Of a stretch of DNA of 64,000 nucleotides, positions 1-9,508 are shown one piece after another. The DNA is from an uncultured Actinomycetota bacterium (GTDB lineage Bacteria; Actinomycetota; Actinomycetes; JAFAQI01), in the NCBI GenBank assembly GCA_963770565.1, contig CAVYQE010000011.1, forward strand, positions 32,001-96,000, written 5' to 3'. Each line of letters starts with the position of its first letter. Position 1 is the first letter of the stretch. The notes under the pieces are model-generated. The model ran no database searches and was not told the DNA's origin. It worked only from the letters and a program-made list of their open reading frames with translations. A program made the position numbers and the translations under genes.

Positions 1-252
1 GACCGTGGCTATCTCCGCGAGGGTCATCACGCCGACGTCGTCGTGTTCGATCCGGTCGAGATCGCCTCGGAGGACGCCTCGCTGCACTTCGACCTGCCCG
101 GCAACGCGCCCCGGCTGACCGCGGGCGCGATCGGGATCAAGCGGGTCCTGGTCAACGGCGTCGAGACGATCCGCGACGGTCAGGTCACCGGCGCGCGGCC
201 GGGCAAGTTGCTGCGATCCGGCCGCGACACCGTGACGGTCGCGACCAGCTGA
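1..252 (+). CDS. N-acyl-D-amino-acid deacylase / amidohydrolase, C-terminal part (truncated by window edge)
   Basis: Frame open from base 1: DRGYLREGHHADVVVFDP...GIKRVLVNGV...TGARPGKLLR, the typical D-aminoacylase C-terminus. Confidence 0.85.
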   Translation, partial: DRGYLREGHHADVVVFDPVEIASEDASLHFDLPGNAPRLTAGAIGIKRVLVNGVETIRDGQVTGARPGKLLRSGRDTVTVATS

Positions 253-272
253 AGACCCCGGTTCGCCGTAAG

Positions 273-336
273 TGTTGATCATGGCGAAGCGAGCGAAAAA
301 TCGACACGAAAATGACGCCTTTCGTCATGATCAACA
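273..336. repeat. Intergenic inverted-repeat element (REP-like or bidirectional terminator)
   Basis: TGTTGATCATGGCGAA (273-288) pairs with TTCGTCATGATCAACA (321-336), one G-T mismatch; lies between convergent genes. Confidence 0.7.
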
Positions 337-357
337 GTGGCGGCCGCTGAGTCCGGG

Positions 358-1299
358 TCAGCGGGTCAGGAAGTCGAGCAGGCCCTGCATGTAGGTCGCC
401 TGGTCGTCGATCTGGGCGAGGTGGCTGCCGTTCGGGCAGTGCCAGTAGGAGCCGTTCGGCATCTGCTCGGCCATCCAGCGCAGGTACGCCGGATCCATCG
501 TGTCGTGCTCGGCACCGATGACCAGCGTGGGTGTCTCGATCCGATGCAGGTCGGCGCTGCGGTCCCACACGGCCAGCTTCCCCGAGGCCCCGAGCTCGCT
601 CGGGCCCTGCATCGAGACGTAGACCTCCTCGTTCATGTGTTTGAACGTTCGGTGGACCGGATCCGGCCAGTCGGCGGACGGCATCCGCAGGACGTGGTGC
701 ACGTAGTGCTGCTCGATGAGTAGCTGCATGTACGCCGGATCGGAGGTCTCGCCGGCCGCCTCCAGCCGCTTGATCTCGGCCAGCGCGACCGGGTCCATCT
801 GCGGCATCAGGACCTCCTCGGCGTACCGGTTGTACGCCGGGATGCTCGACATCATGTTGGAGATGACGAGGCCCTTCAGCGCATCCCGGTGCGCGAGGGC
901 GTACTCGATCGCGAGGATCCCGCCCCACGACTGGCCCAGCAGGTAGAAGTTCGACGCGTCGAGACCGAGGGCCAGCCGCACCTGCTCGACCTCATCGACG
1001 AATCGCGGGAGCTCCCACAGGTCCGGCTCGTCCGGTTGGTCGCTGTAGGCCGACCCGAGCTGGTCGTAGTAGTAGTACTCGACGCCGGCGCCCGGCAGGA
1101 AGCAGTCGAACTGCTCGAACTGCTCGTGCGTGCACCCCGGACCGCCGTGCAGCAACAGCAACTTGATCGTTGGGTTGTTGCCGACCCGCTTCGTCCAGAC
1201 CCGGAACTCGCCCTTGGCGGTCTGGATCGGAATCATTCGTACGCCGCCCGAGTGCAGGTCGTCGCGCCCGGTGTTGTCGAAGTAGCTCGCGTCCGCCAT
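358..1299 (-). CDS. Proline iminopeptidase-family alpha/beta hydrolase
   Basis: LLHGGPG, YYDQLGS, GQSWGG nucleophile elbow, C-terminal GSH; start re-picked at MADASY. Confidence 0.9.
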   Translation of the reverse strand: MADASYFDNTGRDDLHSGGVRMIPIQTAKGEFRVWTKRVGNNPTIKLLLLHGGPGCTHEQFEQFDCFLPGAGVEYYYYDQLGSAYSDQPDEPDLWELPRFVDEVEQVRLALGLDASNFYLLGQSWGGILAIEYALAHRDALKGLVISNMMSSIPAYNRYAEEVLMPQMDPVALAEIKRLEAAGETSDPAYMQLLIEQHYVHHVLRMPSADWPDPVHRTFKHMNEEVYVSMQGPSELGASGKLAVWDRSADLHRIETPTLVIGAEHDTMDPAYLRWMAEQMPNGSYWHCPNGSHLAQIDDQATYMQGLLDFLTR

Positions 1300-1354
1300 A
1301 ACCGGGAGTCCTATCATCCGCGCACGGACTGGGACAGTGGTCGAAGGAGCTTCG

Positions 1355-1792
1355 ATGGCAACGCCATGGACCATCACGTTCGATTGCACGGAGCCGGCCC
1401 GGATGGCCGAGTTCTGGGGCATCGCGCTCGGCTACGTCGAGGAACCGCCCCCCACCGGGTTCGCGAGCTGGGACCAGTGGCTCGCCGACATGGGGGTGCC
1501 GCCCGAGGAGTGGGAGGACGGCGCGTCGGTGTGCGACCCGGATGGGGTCGGCCCGAGGATGTCGTTTCTCAAGGTGCCGGAACCCAAACAGGCGAAGAAC
1601 CGCATGCACATCGACATCCAGGCCGGCGGTGGCCGCGCGACGCCGTTGGAGGTGCGCTGGCCGCGAGTGACCGCCGCGGTCGAGCGGCTGGTCACGGTCG
1701 GCGCGGTGGTGATCGCGCAGTCCGACCTGGACGGCCATCCCGACCACATGGTCATGGCCGATCCGGAGGGCAACGAGTTCTGCGTGGTCTAG
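1355..1792 (+). CDS. VOC/glyoxalase-like protein
   Basis: ITFDC..FW..LGY, KNRMHIDI, MADPEGNEFCV; AAGGAG RBS upstream. Confidence 0.9.
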   Translation: MATPWTITFDCTEPARMAEFWGIALGYVEEPPPTGFASWDQWLADMGVPPEEWEDGASVCDPDGVGPRMSFLKVPEPKQAKNRMHIDIQAGGGRATPLEVRWPRVTAAVERLVTVGAVVIAQSDLDGHPDHMVMADPEGNEFCVV

Positions 1793-1833
1793 ACGGTCGC
1801 GCCACAGTACGTGCATCGACATAGTGTCGGCGG

Positions 1834-3108
1834 GTGGCTCCCGCGGTTGCGTTGCGTCGGAATCGCGACTTCGTACTCCTCCAGCTCGGCCAGTTGCTGT
1901 CCGACGCCGGCGGCGGGTCGACCACGATTGCTTATCCGCTGCTCGTGCTCGCGCTGACACACTCGCCGGCCAAGGCCGGTGTGGTGACGTTTGCCCGCAT
2001 GCTGCCGCTCGCCCTGCTCGCTTTGCCGGCCGGTTTGCTGGCCGATCGCTGGAACCGCAAGTGGCTGATGATCGGCGCAGACAGCGCTCGGGCGATCGGC
2101 GTCGGAGTGCTGGCCGTGCTGATCGTGACCGGCCACCTTGATTACTGGGTGTTACCGGTGGTCGCGGTGGTCGAGGGCAGCGGCACCGCACTGTTCAACG
2201 CCGCGCAGGCGGGTGCTCTGCGCAACGTCGTACCGCTCGAGCAGCTGCCCGCCGCGGTCGGCGTCCAGAGCGGACGTACCGCTGTGGTGGAGCTCGCCGG
2301 CTCGCCACTCGGGGGCGTGTTGTTCGCGGTTGCGCGCGCCGTTCCGTTCGTCGTCGACGCGGCGTCGTACGTGTTCTCCACCGGGTCGTTGCTGGCGATG
2401 CGCACACCGTTTCAGCAGGCCCGCGAGCCGGATCGCTCGTCGGTGCGGCAACGGCTGGCCGAAGGCCTGCGCTACCTCTGGGGGGAACCCTTCCTGCGGA
2501 CCTGCGCGCTGCTGTTCGGCGTGGCCAACTTCATCATCCCAGGCCTGCTGCTCGCGCTCGTCGTGCTTGCTGACCGCCGCGGTCTGTCCGGCGGCGAGGT
2601 CGGGTTGCTCGTCGCGGTCTTCGGCGCGTCCCTGCTGGTCGGCTCGTTCCTCTCGTCACTGGTCCGCCGGAAGTTCGGCGCCCGGCAGGTGATGCTGCTC
2701 GAGCTATGGACCTACCTCGGTTGTGTGGTCTTCCTCGCGTGGCCGAACGTCTTCGTCCTCGCCGCCTGCCTGGTGCCGACCGGCTTGGCGATCGCCCCGA
2801 ACGACTCGGTGGTCCACGGATACCGGCTCGCGATGACCCCGGACCGGTTGATCGGCAGGGCCGAGTCGGTGCGCAGCATGATCTCGTTGGTGCTGGCTCC
2901 GCTCGGGCCGCTGGTGGCCGGGGTGCTGCTCAGCGTCAGCTCTCCGCGGGTCACGATCGGCGTGTTCTTCGGGATCGGTGTCGTGCTCGCGGCGTGGGGA
3001 ACGCTCAGCCCGTCGATCCGAGCGGCACCGAGCCTCGACGAGATCGTCGCGGCCGCTACCCGGTCGGCCGCGGTCGCGACAGCAGATCCTCCACCGGCAG
3101 GGTGTTGA
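1834..3108 (+). CDS. MFS transporter (macrolide-efflux-like)
   Basis: About 12 hydrophobic segments; motif A GLLADRWNRK. Confidence 0.9.
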   Translation: MAPAVALRRNRDFVLLQLGQLLSDAGGGSTTIAYPLLVLALTHSPAKAGVVTFARMLPLALLALPAGLLADRWNRKWLMIGADSARAIGVGVLAVLIVTGHLDYWVLPVVAVVEGSGTALFNAAQAGALRNVVPLEQLPAAVGVQSGRTAVVELAGSPLGGVLFAVARAVPFVVDAASYVFSTGSLLAMRTPFQQAREPDRSSVRQRLAEGLRYLWGEPFLRTCALLFGVANFIIPGLLLALVVLADRRGLSGGEVGLLVAVFGASLLVGSFLSSLVRRKFGARQVMLLELWTYLGCVVFLAWPNVFVLAACLVPTGLAIAPNDSVVHGYRLAMTPDRLIGRAESVRSMISLVLAPLGPLVAGVLLSVSSPRVTIGVFFGIGVVLAAWGTLSPSIRAAPSLDEIVAAATRSAAVATADPPPAGC

Positions 3109-4084
3109 TCACCCGGCTCGGGTCGAGGTCGCATTCCTCCGCGCGCACACAGCCGTTCACCTGCCACTCGAGCTGGCCCGGCGCATGCGCATCGGTGTCG
3201 ATCGAGAACACGCAACCGGTGTCGATCGCCTGTCGCAGGAGCCGACGGGGTGGGTCGAGTCGCTCCGGCCGCGAGTTGATCTCGACCGCGACGCCGAACT
3301 GGCGGCAGGCCTCGAACACGATCGCGGCGTCGAACTCGGACTCCGCCCGGCCACGGCCGGACAGCAGGCGGCCGGTGCAGTGGCCGAGGATGTCGGTGTG
3401 CGGGTTGGCGATCGCCAGGACCATCCGGCGGGTCATCGCGGCAGCATCCATCCGCAGCTTCGAGTGCACCGAGGCGACCACGATGTCGAGCTCCGCGAGC
3501 AGTTCCTCCGCCTGGTCCAGCCCGCCGTCGTCGAGGATGTCGACCTCGATCCCGGTCAGGATCCGGAACGGCGCCATCTCCTCGTTCAGTCGCCGCACGA
3601 TCGCCAGCTGCTCGCGCAACCGGTCAGGTGAGAGGCCGCGCGCGACGGTGAGGCGCGGCGAGTGGTCGGTGAGGGCGACGTACTCGTGTCCGAGGTCGCG
3701 GGCCGCCCGGACCATCTCCTCGATCGGCGAGCCGCCGTCGCTCCAGTCGCTGTGGGTGTGCAGGTCGCCCCGCAAGGCCCGGCGCATCGGGCCGGGTGGG
3801 CCGGCGGCCGGCAGGTCGGCCTCGACCTTGGCGAAGTACGCCGGACGCCGCCCGGCCAGGGAGTCGGTGATCACCGCCGCGGTCGAGTCGCCGATCCCGG
3901 GCAGCTTGGTCAAAGTGCGATTGGCGATCCGGGCGTTCATCTCCTTGACCCCGATCGACTCGGCCAGCGCCGCGGCGGTGCGGAACGCCTTCACGCGCGG
4001 GGTGGCGGCGTTGGATTGCTCGAGCAGGTAGGCGATCTCGCGAAGGTCGGCGACCGGATCGCGCGGCGGCGAGGCGTCACTCAC
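3056..4084 (-). CDS. PHP domain protein with N-terminal PolX-type HhH domain
   Basis: LPGIG HhH; GDLHTHSDWSDG, TDHS, HCTGR and DTDAH PHP metal motifs; start re-picked at GTG 4084. Confidence 0.85.
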   Translation of the reverse strand: MSDASPPRDPVADLREIAYLLEQSNAATPRVKAFRTAAALAESIGVKEMNARIANRTLTKLPGIGDSTAAVITDSLAGRRPAYFAKVEADLPAAGPPGPMRRALRGDLHTHSDWSDGGSPIEEMVRAARDLGHEYVALTDHSPRLTVARGLSPDRLREQLAIVRRLNEEMAPFRILTGIEVDILDDGGLDQAEELLAELDIVVASVHSKLRMDAAAMTRRMVLAIANPHTDILGHCTGRLLSGRGRAESEFDAAIVFEACRQFGVAVEINSRPERLDPPRRLLRQAIDTGCVFSIDTDAHAPGQLEWQVNGCVRAEECDLDPSRVINTLPVEDLLSRPRPTG

Positions 4085-4143
4085 CCCCGCAGTCTCGCAA
4101 GTCGGCTGACGGTCGGCGGTCCGGCCCACTTGTCGGCCGAAAA

Positions 4144-4157
4144 GGGAACGTGTTCTA
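4144..4157. promoter_or_regulatory. Putative KstR operator
   Basis: GGGAACGTGTTCTA versus KstR consensus TnnAACnnGTTnnA (only the first T differs); 8 bp upstream of the ferredoxin. Confidence 0.7.
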
Positions 4158-4165
4158 CTTTTGCG

Positions 4166-4375
4166 GTGAGCGATGCGGAGATCGTGGTCGACTGGGACGA
4201 GTGCGAGGCCAACGCGGTATGCGAGAGCATCCTGCCCCAGGTCTTCCAGGTCGATGAGAACGACATGTTGAACGTCCTGATCGAGCATCCGCCGGCCGAG
4301 CTGCTCGACCAGGTCCAGCAGGCGGTCGACATGTGCCCGAAACGCGCGCTGTCGCTGAAGCGGAGTTCCACGTGA
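4166..4375 (+). CDS. fdxD: [3Fe-4S] ferredoxin, FdxD-like
   Basis: IVVDWDECEANAVC...MCPKRALSL, a CxxNxxC..CP motif; start uncertain. Confidence 0.8.
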   Translation: MSDAEIVVDWDECEANAVCESILPQVFQVDENDMLNVLIEHPPAELLDQVQQAVDMCPKRALSLKRSST

Positions 4376-5454
4376 GGGCAGCGGTCCTCCACGAGGTCGG
4401 CAACGAGGCGCTCGACGTCCGCGACGACATCGAGTCGACGCCGGTCACCGACGGTAAGGTCCGGATCAAGATCAAGGCCACCGGCGTCTGCCACTCCGAC
4501 CTATCGGCGATGAACGGCACCATCCCGTGCGCGGTGCCCGCTGTACTCGGACACGAGGGCGCCGGGGAGATCGTCGAGGTCGGCGCCGGGGTCGAGGGCT
4601 TGCAGGTCGGCGACCACGCCGTCATCTGCTGGTCGCCGCAATGCGGCCGTTGCACGGACTGCGTCAACGGCAAGCCGCACCTGTGCATGACGTACATGCT
4701 CGACGCCTTCATGGACGCGCACTTCACGATGGGCGGTACCCCGATCTACGGGATGGCCGGCGCCGGCACCTTCGCCGAGGAGCTGATCGTCCCGGCCGCC
4801 GGCGCGATCAAGATCGACACCGACGTTCCGTACGACATCGCCTCCCTGGTCGGGTGCGGTGTCATGACCGGCGTCGGAGCGGTCGTCAACGCCGCCGAGG
4901 TCAAGCCCGGCTCGTCGGTGCTGATCATCGGCTGTGGTGGCGTCGGGATCAGCGCGATCCAGGGCGCGCGGCTGTCTGGGGCGGCGACGATCGTCGCCGT
5001 CGACATGGTCGAGCACAAGCTGGAGTGGGCGAAGCAGTTCGGTGCGACCCACGCGGTCACGCCGGCCGATCTTCCGGCCGCGCTGCTCGAGCTGACCGCA
5101 GGCGCCGGGTTCGACTATGCCTTCGAGGTGGTCGGGCGGGGAGACACGATCCGCACCGCGTACGACTCGACCCGCCGAGGCGGGATGACGACCGTGGTCG
5201 GCGTCGGGCGGGCCGAGGACATGGTCACGTTCAGCGCCTTCGAGCTGTTCTACAACGAGAAGAACCTGCGCGGGACCTACTACGGCAGCGCCAACATCCG
5301 GCGCGACTTCCCGCGGTTGCTTAACCTGTGGCGGGCCGGCCGGATCGACCTCGAGGGCATGATCACCAAACGGCTGACGATCGACGACATCAACGACGCG
5401 TTCGGCGCGATGCAGGCCGGCGAGGTCATCCGCCAGGTCATCACCTTCGACTGA
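4372..5454 (+). CDS. Zn-dependent alcohol dehydrogenase (class III-like)
   Basis: CHSD, GHEGAG, CxxCxxC..C structural zinc site, GCGGVG; GTGA overlap with the ferredoxin. Confidence 0.92.
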   Translation: MRAAVLHEVGNEALDVRDDIESTPVTDGKVRIKIKATGVCHSDLSAMNGTIPCAVPAVLGHEGAGEIVEVGAGVEGLQVGDHAVICWSPQCGRCTDCVNGKPHLCMTYMLDAFMDAHFTMGGTPIYGMAGAGTFAEELIVPAAGAIKIDTDVPYDIASLVGCGVMTGVGAVVNAAEVKPGSSVLIIGCGGVGISAIQGARLSGAATIVAVDMVEHKLEWAKQFGATHAVTPADLPAALLELTAGAGFDYAFEVVGRGDTIRTAYDSTRRGGMTTVVGVGRAEDMVTFSAFELFYNEKNLRGTYYGSANIRRDFPRLLNLWRAGRIDLEGMITKRLTIDDINDAFGAMQAGEVIRQVITFD

Positions 5455-5483
5455 CCCTTCGCCACCAACCCGGGGAGTCCTTG

Positions 5484-6314
5484 ATGCAGGTCGGGCTCGC
5501 GCTGTTTTCCACCGACCGGACCACCGACATCCGCGATGTCGCGCGCGCCGCAGAGGACGCCGGGTTCGAGAGCCTGTTCGTCGCCGAGCACACCCACATC
5601 CCGGTCTCGCGTGACTCGGCGTACCCACTCGGCGACGAGCTGCCCGAGGAGTACTCGCACACCCTTGATCCATTCGTTGCGCTGTCGGCCGCTGCCGCGG
5701 TGACCGAGCGGATCAGGCTGGGCACCGGGATCTGCCTGGTCAACCAGCGCGACCCAGTCGTCCTGGCCAAGGAGGTGTCCTCGCTCGACCTGCTCTCCGG
5801 CGGCCGGGTGCTGTTCGGCGTCGGCGCGGGATGGAACGCCGAGGAAATGGCTACCCACGGCATTGCCTTCGACCAGCGGTGGGACGTGCTGCGCGATCGG
5901 GTGAAGCTGATGCAGGCGCTGTGGGCGTCGGAGGTTGCGTCGTACGACGGGGAGTTCGTGCGGGTTGCGCCGTCATGGCAATGGCCGAAGCCGGTCCAGA
6001 ATCCGGTGCCCGTGCTGGTCGGTGGAGGCGGCGCCAGGCCGATGCGACACGCGGTGGAGTACGGGACCGGCTGGATGCCGATGCCGTCGCGCCAGAAGTT
6101 CGGTGAGCGACTGGCGAGGCTGGCCGAGATCGCCGCCGAGGCGGGTCGGCCGGTGCCCTCGGTGACGTTGCATGCCGCACGGCCGGATGCCGCGGTGCTC
6201 GGCCACTACGCAGCGATGGGGATCGAGCGGGCCGTACTGATCCTTCCGCCGATGGCCGACGCGCTCCCGGTCGTCCGCGAGTGGTCGGCCCTGACCGACG
6301 TCGCTCGTGGCTGA
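5484..6314 (+). CDS. LLM-class, probably F420-dependent oxidoreductase
   Basis: AEHTHIP, LDPFVAL, LDLLSGGR, GAGWN, PKPVQ. Confidence 0.88.
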   Translation: MQVGLALFSTDRTTDIRDVARAAEDAGFESLFVAEHTHIPVSRDSAYPLGDELPEEYSHTLDPFVALSAAAAVTERIRLGTGICLVNQRDPVVLAKEVSSLDLLSGGRVLFGVGAGWNAEEMATHGIAFDQRWDVLRDRVKLMQALWASEVASYDGEFVRVAPSWQWPKPVQNPVPVLVGGGGARPMRHAVEYGTGWMPMPSRQKFGERLARLAEIAAEAGRPVPSVTLHAARPDAAVLGHYAAMGIERAVLILPPMADALPVVREWSALTDVARG

Positions 6315-7287
6315 CCTGCGGATCGGCATCCTCGGCGCGGCGCGAATCGCGCCGTCCGCGCTGATCAAACCGGCCGGGGCCGTGCCCGGTGTCGAGGTCG
6401 CGGCGATCGCCGCCCGCGATCCGGCCCGAGCCGCGGCCTTCGCTCGCAAGCACGGGGTCGCCACCGTGCATCAGTCCTACGGCGACCTGATCGCCGATCC
6501 GGCCATCGATGCGGTCTACAACCCGCTGCCCAACGCGCTTCATGCCGAATGGACCCTGAAGGCGCTGGCCGCCGGCAAGCACGTCCTGTGCGAGAAGCCC
6601 TTCACTTCCAACGAGGCCGAGGCGCGAGAGGTGGCCGAAGCGGCCGAGCGATCCGGCTTGGTCGTGATGGAGGCCTATCACTACCGCTACCACCTGATGG
6701 CGTCGATGATCGACACGATCGCGCATGACGGCCGGCTGGGTGAGACCGAGTCGGTCCGGACCTGGATGTGTTTCCCGCTGCCGAAGTTCTCCGACATCCG
6801 GTATTCGTATCCACTCGGTGGCGGGACCACGATGGACTGCTGCTATGCGGTGCACGCGTTGCGGCTGGCCGGACCCGGCGAACCGACCGTCGTGTCGGCG
6901 CGGCCGACGCTGCATACGCCGGACATCGACCGGGCGATGCAGGTGTCGTACGCATTCCCCAATGGTGCGGTCGGCCGATCGGTGGCTTCGATGTGGTCGC
7001 ACCGACTGCTCCGCTTCTCGCTCCGGGTGACCGGGTCGAAGGGCGAGCTGCGAGTTACGAACTTCATCGCCCCGCAGTTCTGGAACCGGCTCTCCTTGAC
7101 CATCGATGGCCGGAGACGACACGAGCGGGTCCGCGGTGAACCGACGTACGACGCTCAGCTGCGGGCGTTTGTCGCGGCGATCCGCGATGGCGGGCCGGTG
7201 CTCACCACTCCGCAGGATGCGATCGTCACGATGCGGTTGATCGACGACATCTACCGTGCGGCCGGGATGCGCTTGCGGGGTCACTGA
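6307..7287 (+). CDS. Gfo/Idh/MocA oxidoreductase
   Basis: GILGAARIA, GKHVLCEKP. Confidence 0.9.
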   Translation: MADLRIGILGAARIAPSALIKPAGAVPGVEVAAIAARDPARAAAFARKHGVATVHQSYGDLIADPAIDAVYNPLPNALHAEWTLKALAAGKHVLCEKPFTSNEAEAREVAEAAERSGLVVMEAYHYRYHLMASMIDTIAHDGRLGETESVRTWMCFPLPKFSDIRYSYPLGGGTTMDCCYAVHALRLAGPGEPTVVSARPTLHTPDIDRAMQVSYAFPNGAVGRSVASMWSHRLLRFSLRVTGSKGELRVTNFIAPQFWNRLSLTIDGRRRHERVRGEPTYDAQLRAFVAAIRDGGPVLTTPQDAIVTMRLIDDIYRAAGMRLRGH

Positions 7288-7330
7288 CCGGCGATGTGGC
7301 GGTGATTCGCCGCCCGCAGCGGTAGCTGCT

Positions 7331-8314
7331 TCACCTCAACGCAGGCAGCACCCGTTCGACGTACAGGTTGACCGTGTCCCAGGCCCGATCGACCGGGATC
7401 CCGCCGCAGAGCGGGTGAAGCACCATTGTCGCGAAGTCGCCCTGCTCGCGGCATCGGCTGATCGCCTGGTCGGGGCTGAGGATCTCGTAGATGCCTTCGG
7501 CACGGAGCTCCTCGACCGTGGTTGCGGTCGACGCCACCGCGGAGTGGACGTCAGGCGTCTGCCAGCTCTGATAACGCTGCGCTTCGTGAAGCAGGTGGTG
7601 GCCGAGGTCGGCCCACGCCGCGTCGGGGTCCTTGGCGAGCAGGGTGAGCGAGGTGCGCTTGGGCGGCAGGATCACGAAGCCGTTCGTGCCGTGCTCGGCG
7701 CACTGGGCCAGGTAGTACGCCTCGAGCTCGGGTAGGTGGGCGGCCGGCAGGAGCGGGAGGCCAAGCCGGGCCGCCCGGCGGGCGGCCGGACGGCCGCTGC
7801 CGCCGACGAACAGGATCGCGTTGGCCGGGCTCTTCGGCGACGGCGTGATCCGTAGGGTGCGGCCGCGATAGGTGACCTCCTCGCCTCGCCAGGCGGCGAG
7901 GATCGCGTCAAGCGACTCGTCCATCGTTGCGCCGCGGGTCGCCCAGTCGACGCCCGCGTCGGCGTACTCCTCGGGTCGGTATCCGAGCCCGGCCACCACA
8001 TTGAGGCGACCGCCGCTGGCCAGGTCGAGGACCGCGACCGCCTCGGCTACCCGCAGCGGATCGTTGAGCGGGAGGAGCAGAGCCTGCACCATCACCCGCA
8101 GCTTCGTGGTGCGCCCAAGAATCAGCGCAGCGGTGGTGAGCGGTGCAGGGCTCCACCCGTCGTCGACCCCGTGATGCTCCTCAACGGTGACGGCCAGGAA
8201 GCCGTTCCGGTCCGCGACTTCAGCCATCTCGAGGCCGGCCTGGTACATCGACGCCAGCGTCGCCGGGTCGGCGCCCGGCAGGACGAAGTTGAATCGGAGG
8301 AGCGACAACGGCAT
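7331..8314 (-). CDS. LLM-class flavin-dependent oxidoreductase
   Basis: EEHH, LDLASGGR, GLGYRPEEY. Confidence 0.88.
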   Translation of the reverse strand: MPLSLLRFNFVLPGADPATLASMYQAGLEMAEVADRNGFLAVTVEEHHGVDDGWSPAPLTTAALILGRTTKLRVMVQALLLPLNDPLRVAEAVAVLDLASGGRLNVVAGLGYRPEEYADAGVDWATRGATMDESLDAILAAWRGEEVTYRGRTLRITPSPKSPANAILFVGGSGRPAARRAARLGLPLLPAAHLPELEAYYLAQCAEHGTNGFVILPPKRTSLTLLAKDPDAAWADLGHHLLHEAQRYQSWQTPDVHSAVASTATTVEELRAEGIYEILSPDQAISRCREQGDFATMVLHPLCGGIPVDRAWDTVNLYVERVLPALR

Positions 8315-8337
8315 GGCGCGAAGCGTGCCACAACCCC

Positions 8338-8943
8338 TCAGCGGTCGACGATGTCGATACCTGCCTCGCGGGCCAGCGACACCGCTAGCGATGGCAGGTC
8401 GCTGGCGTCGAGCTGGGCGCCCTTGAGGCTGAGCGCACCGGTGACCCCGCTCAGGTCACAGTCCGTAATCGTGAGACACCCGACCGTCGCGCCGTCGAAG
8501 TTCGCCCGCCGCAAGTCGCAGTGGTCGATCGTGACGTGATCGAAGCCGGACCGGTAGAAGTCAATGCCGGACAGGTCGCAGTTCCGGAAGACCACTCGGC
8601 GCAGCCGGCTGAACCGCAGCGACAGCTCGCTGGTGGTGCAGTCCTCGAACCGCCCGTCGTCGTACTGGCCGTTGGCGAACGTCACGCCGCGCAGCCGGGT
8701 GTTGCGCAGCTCGACCCGGCGGGCGATGAAGTCTCTTGCCAGGACTCCGGAGACATCGCAGTCCTCGAGGCGTACGTCGACCAGCTCCGGCCGGTCGAGG
8801 TCGAGCTCGAGGACTCGCGCACTTTGCAGCCACAGGTCGCCGACATCGGACTCGCAGTCGCTCGCCAGCAACGTGGCCGGTGCTCCGTGGCTGATCTGGG
8901 CCGGTGCGGGCTCGTGGGACTTGCCACACCCGGTCTCCGCCAC
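8338..8943 (-). CDS. Pentapeptide-repeat protein
   Basis: Repeated A(D/N)Lxx-type units (NCDLSGIDF, HCDLRRANF, LKGAQL); start tentatively GTG 8943. Confidence 0.8.
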   Translation of the reverse strand: MAETGCGKSHEPAPAQISHGAPATLLASDCESDVGDLWLQSARVLELDLDRPELVDVRLEDCDVSGVLARDFIARRVELRNTRLRGVTFANGQYDDGRFEDCTTSELSLRFSRLRRVVFRNCDLSGIDFYRSGFDHVTIDHCDLRRANFDGATVGCLTITDCDLSGVTGALSLKGAQLDASDLPSLAVSLAREAGIDIVDR

Positions 8944-9090
8944 CGCCCGAGTATTACAGGGCTTTGGAGCATGGACACCGCCATGAGTGATGTCCGATAG
9001 TCCGGAAACAGCAACGATCGGGACGCGCGGTACGCGCCGGCCATACCTCACGAGAGGTGTTGGTCGCCACTGAGGAAGGACTCGCCCGCC

Positions 9091-9486
9091 ATGGCAGAAA
9101 GCGATCTGTTCGAGAGGGGTCTCCAGGAGCGTCGAGATGTGCTGGGTGCCGAGTACGTCGACGCGAACCTGGCTGACACCGACGAGTTCATGATGGCATT
9201 TCAGCGCGTCGTGACCGAGTGGGCGTGGGGATACGCCTGGAGCAGGCCAGGTCTGGATCGCAGGACCCGCAGCATGCTGAATCTTGCGATCCTGACGGCG
9301 CTAGGTCGGCCTGACGAGCTGGCGATCTATGTGAAGGGCGCGCTTGCTACCGGTGTATCGGTCGACGAGATCAAGGAGGTGCTGATTCACGCCACCGTGT
9401 ACTGCGGCACGCCGGCCGGGCGTCAGGCGTTCCGGGCCGCGCATGAGGCTCTCCTGGCAGAGGGCGCGTTGCCTCGTTCCGGCTGA
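9091..9486 (+). CDS. Carboxymuconolactone decarboxylase family protein
   Basis: RRDVLGAEYVD, WSRPGLDRRTRS, YCGTPAG. Confidence 0.9.
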   Translation: MAESDLFERGLQERRDVLGAEYVDANLADTDEFMMAFQRVVTEWAWGYAWSRPGLDRRTRSMLNLAILTALGRPDELAIYVKGALATGVSVDEIKEVLIHATVYCGTPAGRQAFRAAHEALLAEGALPRSG

Positions 9487-9508
9487 GTGGGCTCAGCCTC
9501 ACGGCCAC

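Noticed and set aside
8994-9010. IclR-like operator (TCCGATAGTCCGGA) upstream of the CMD gene
   Set aside because: Weak symmetry and no cognate regulator or pca genes nearby.
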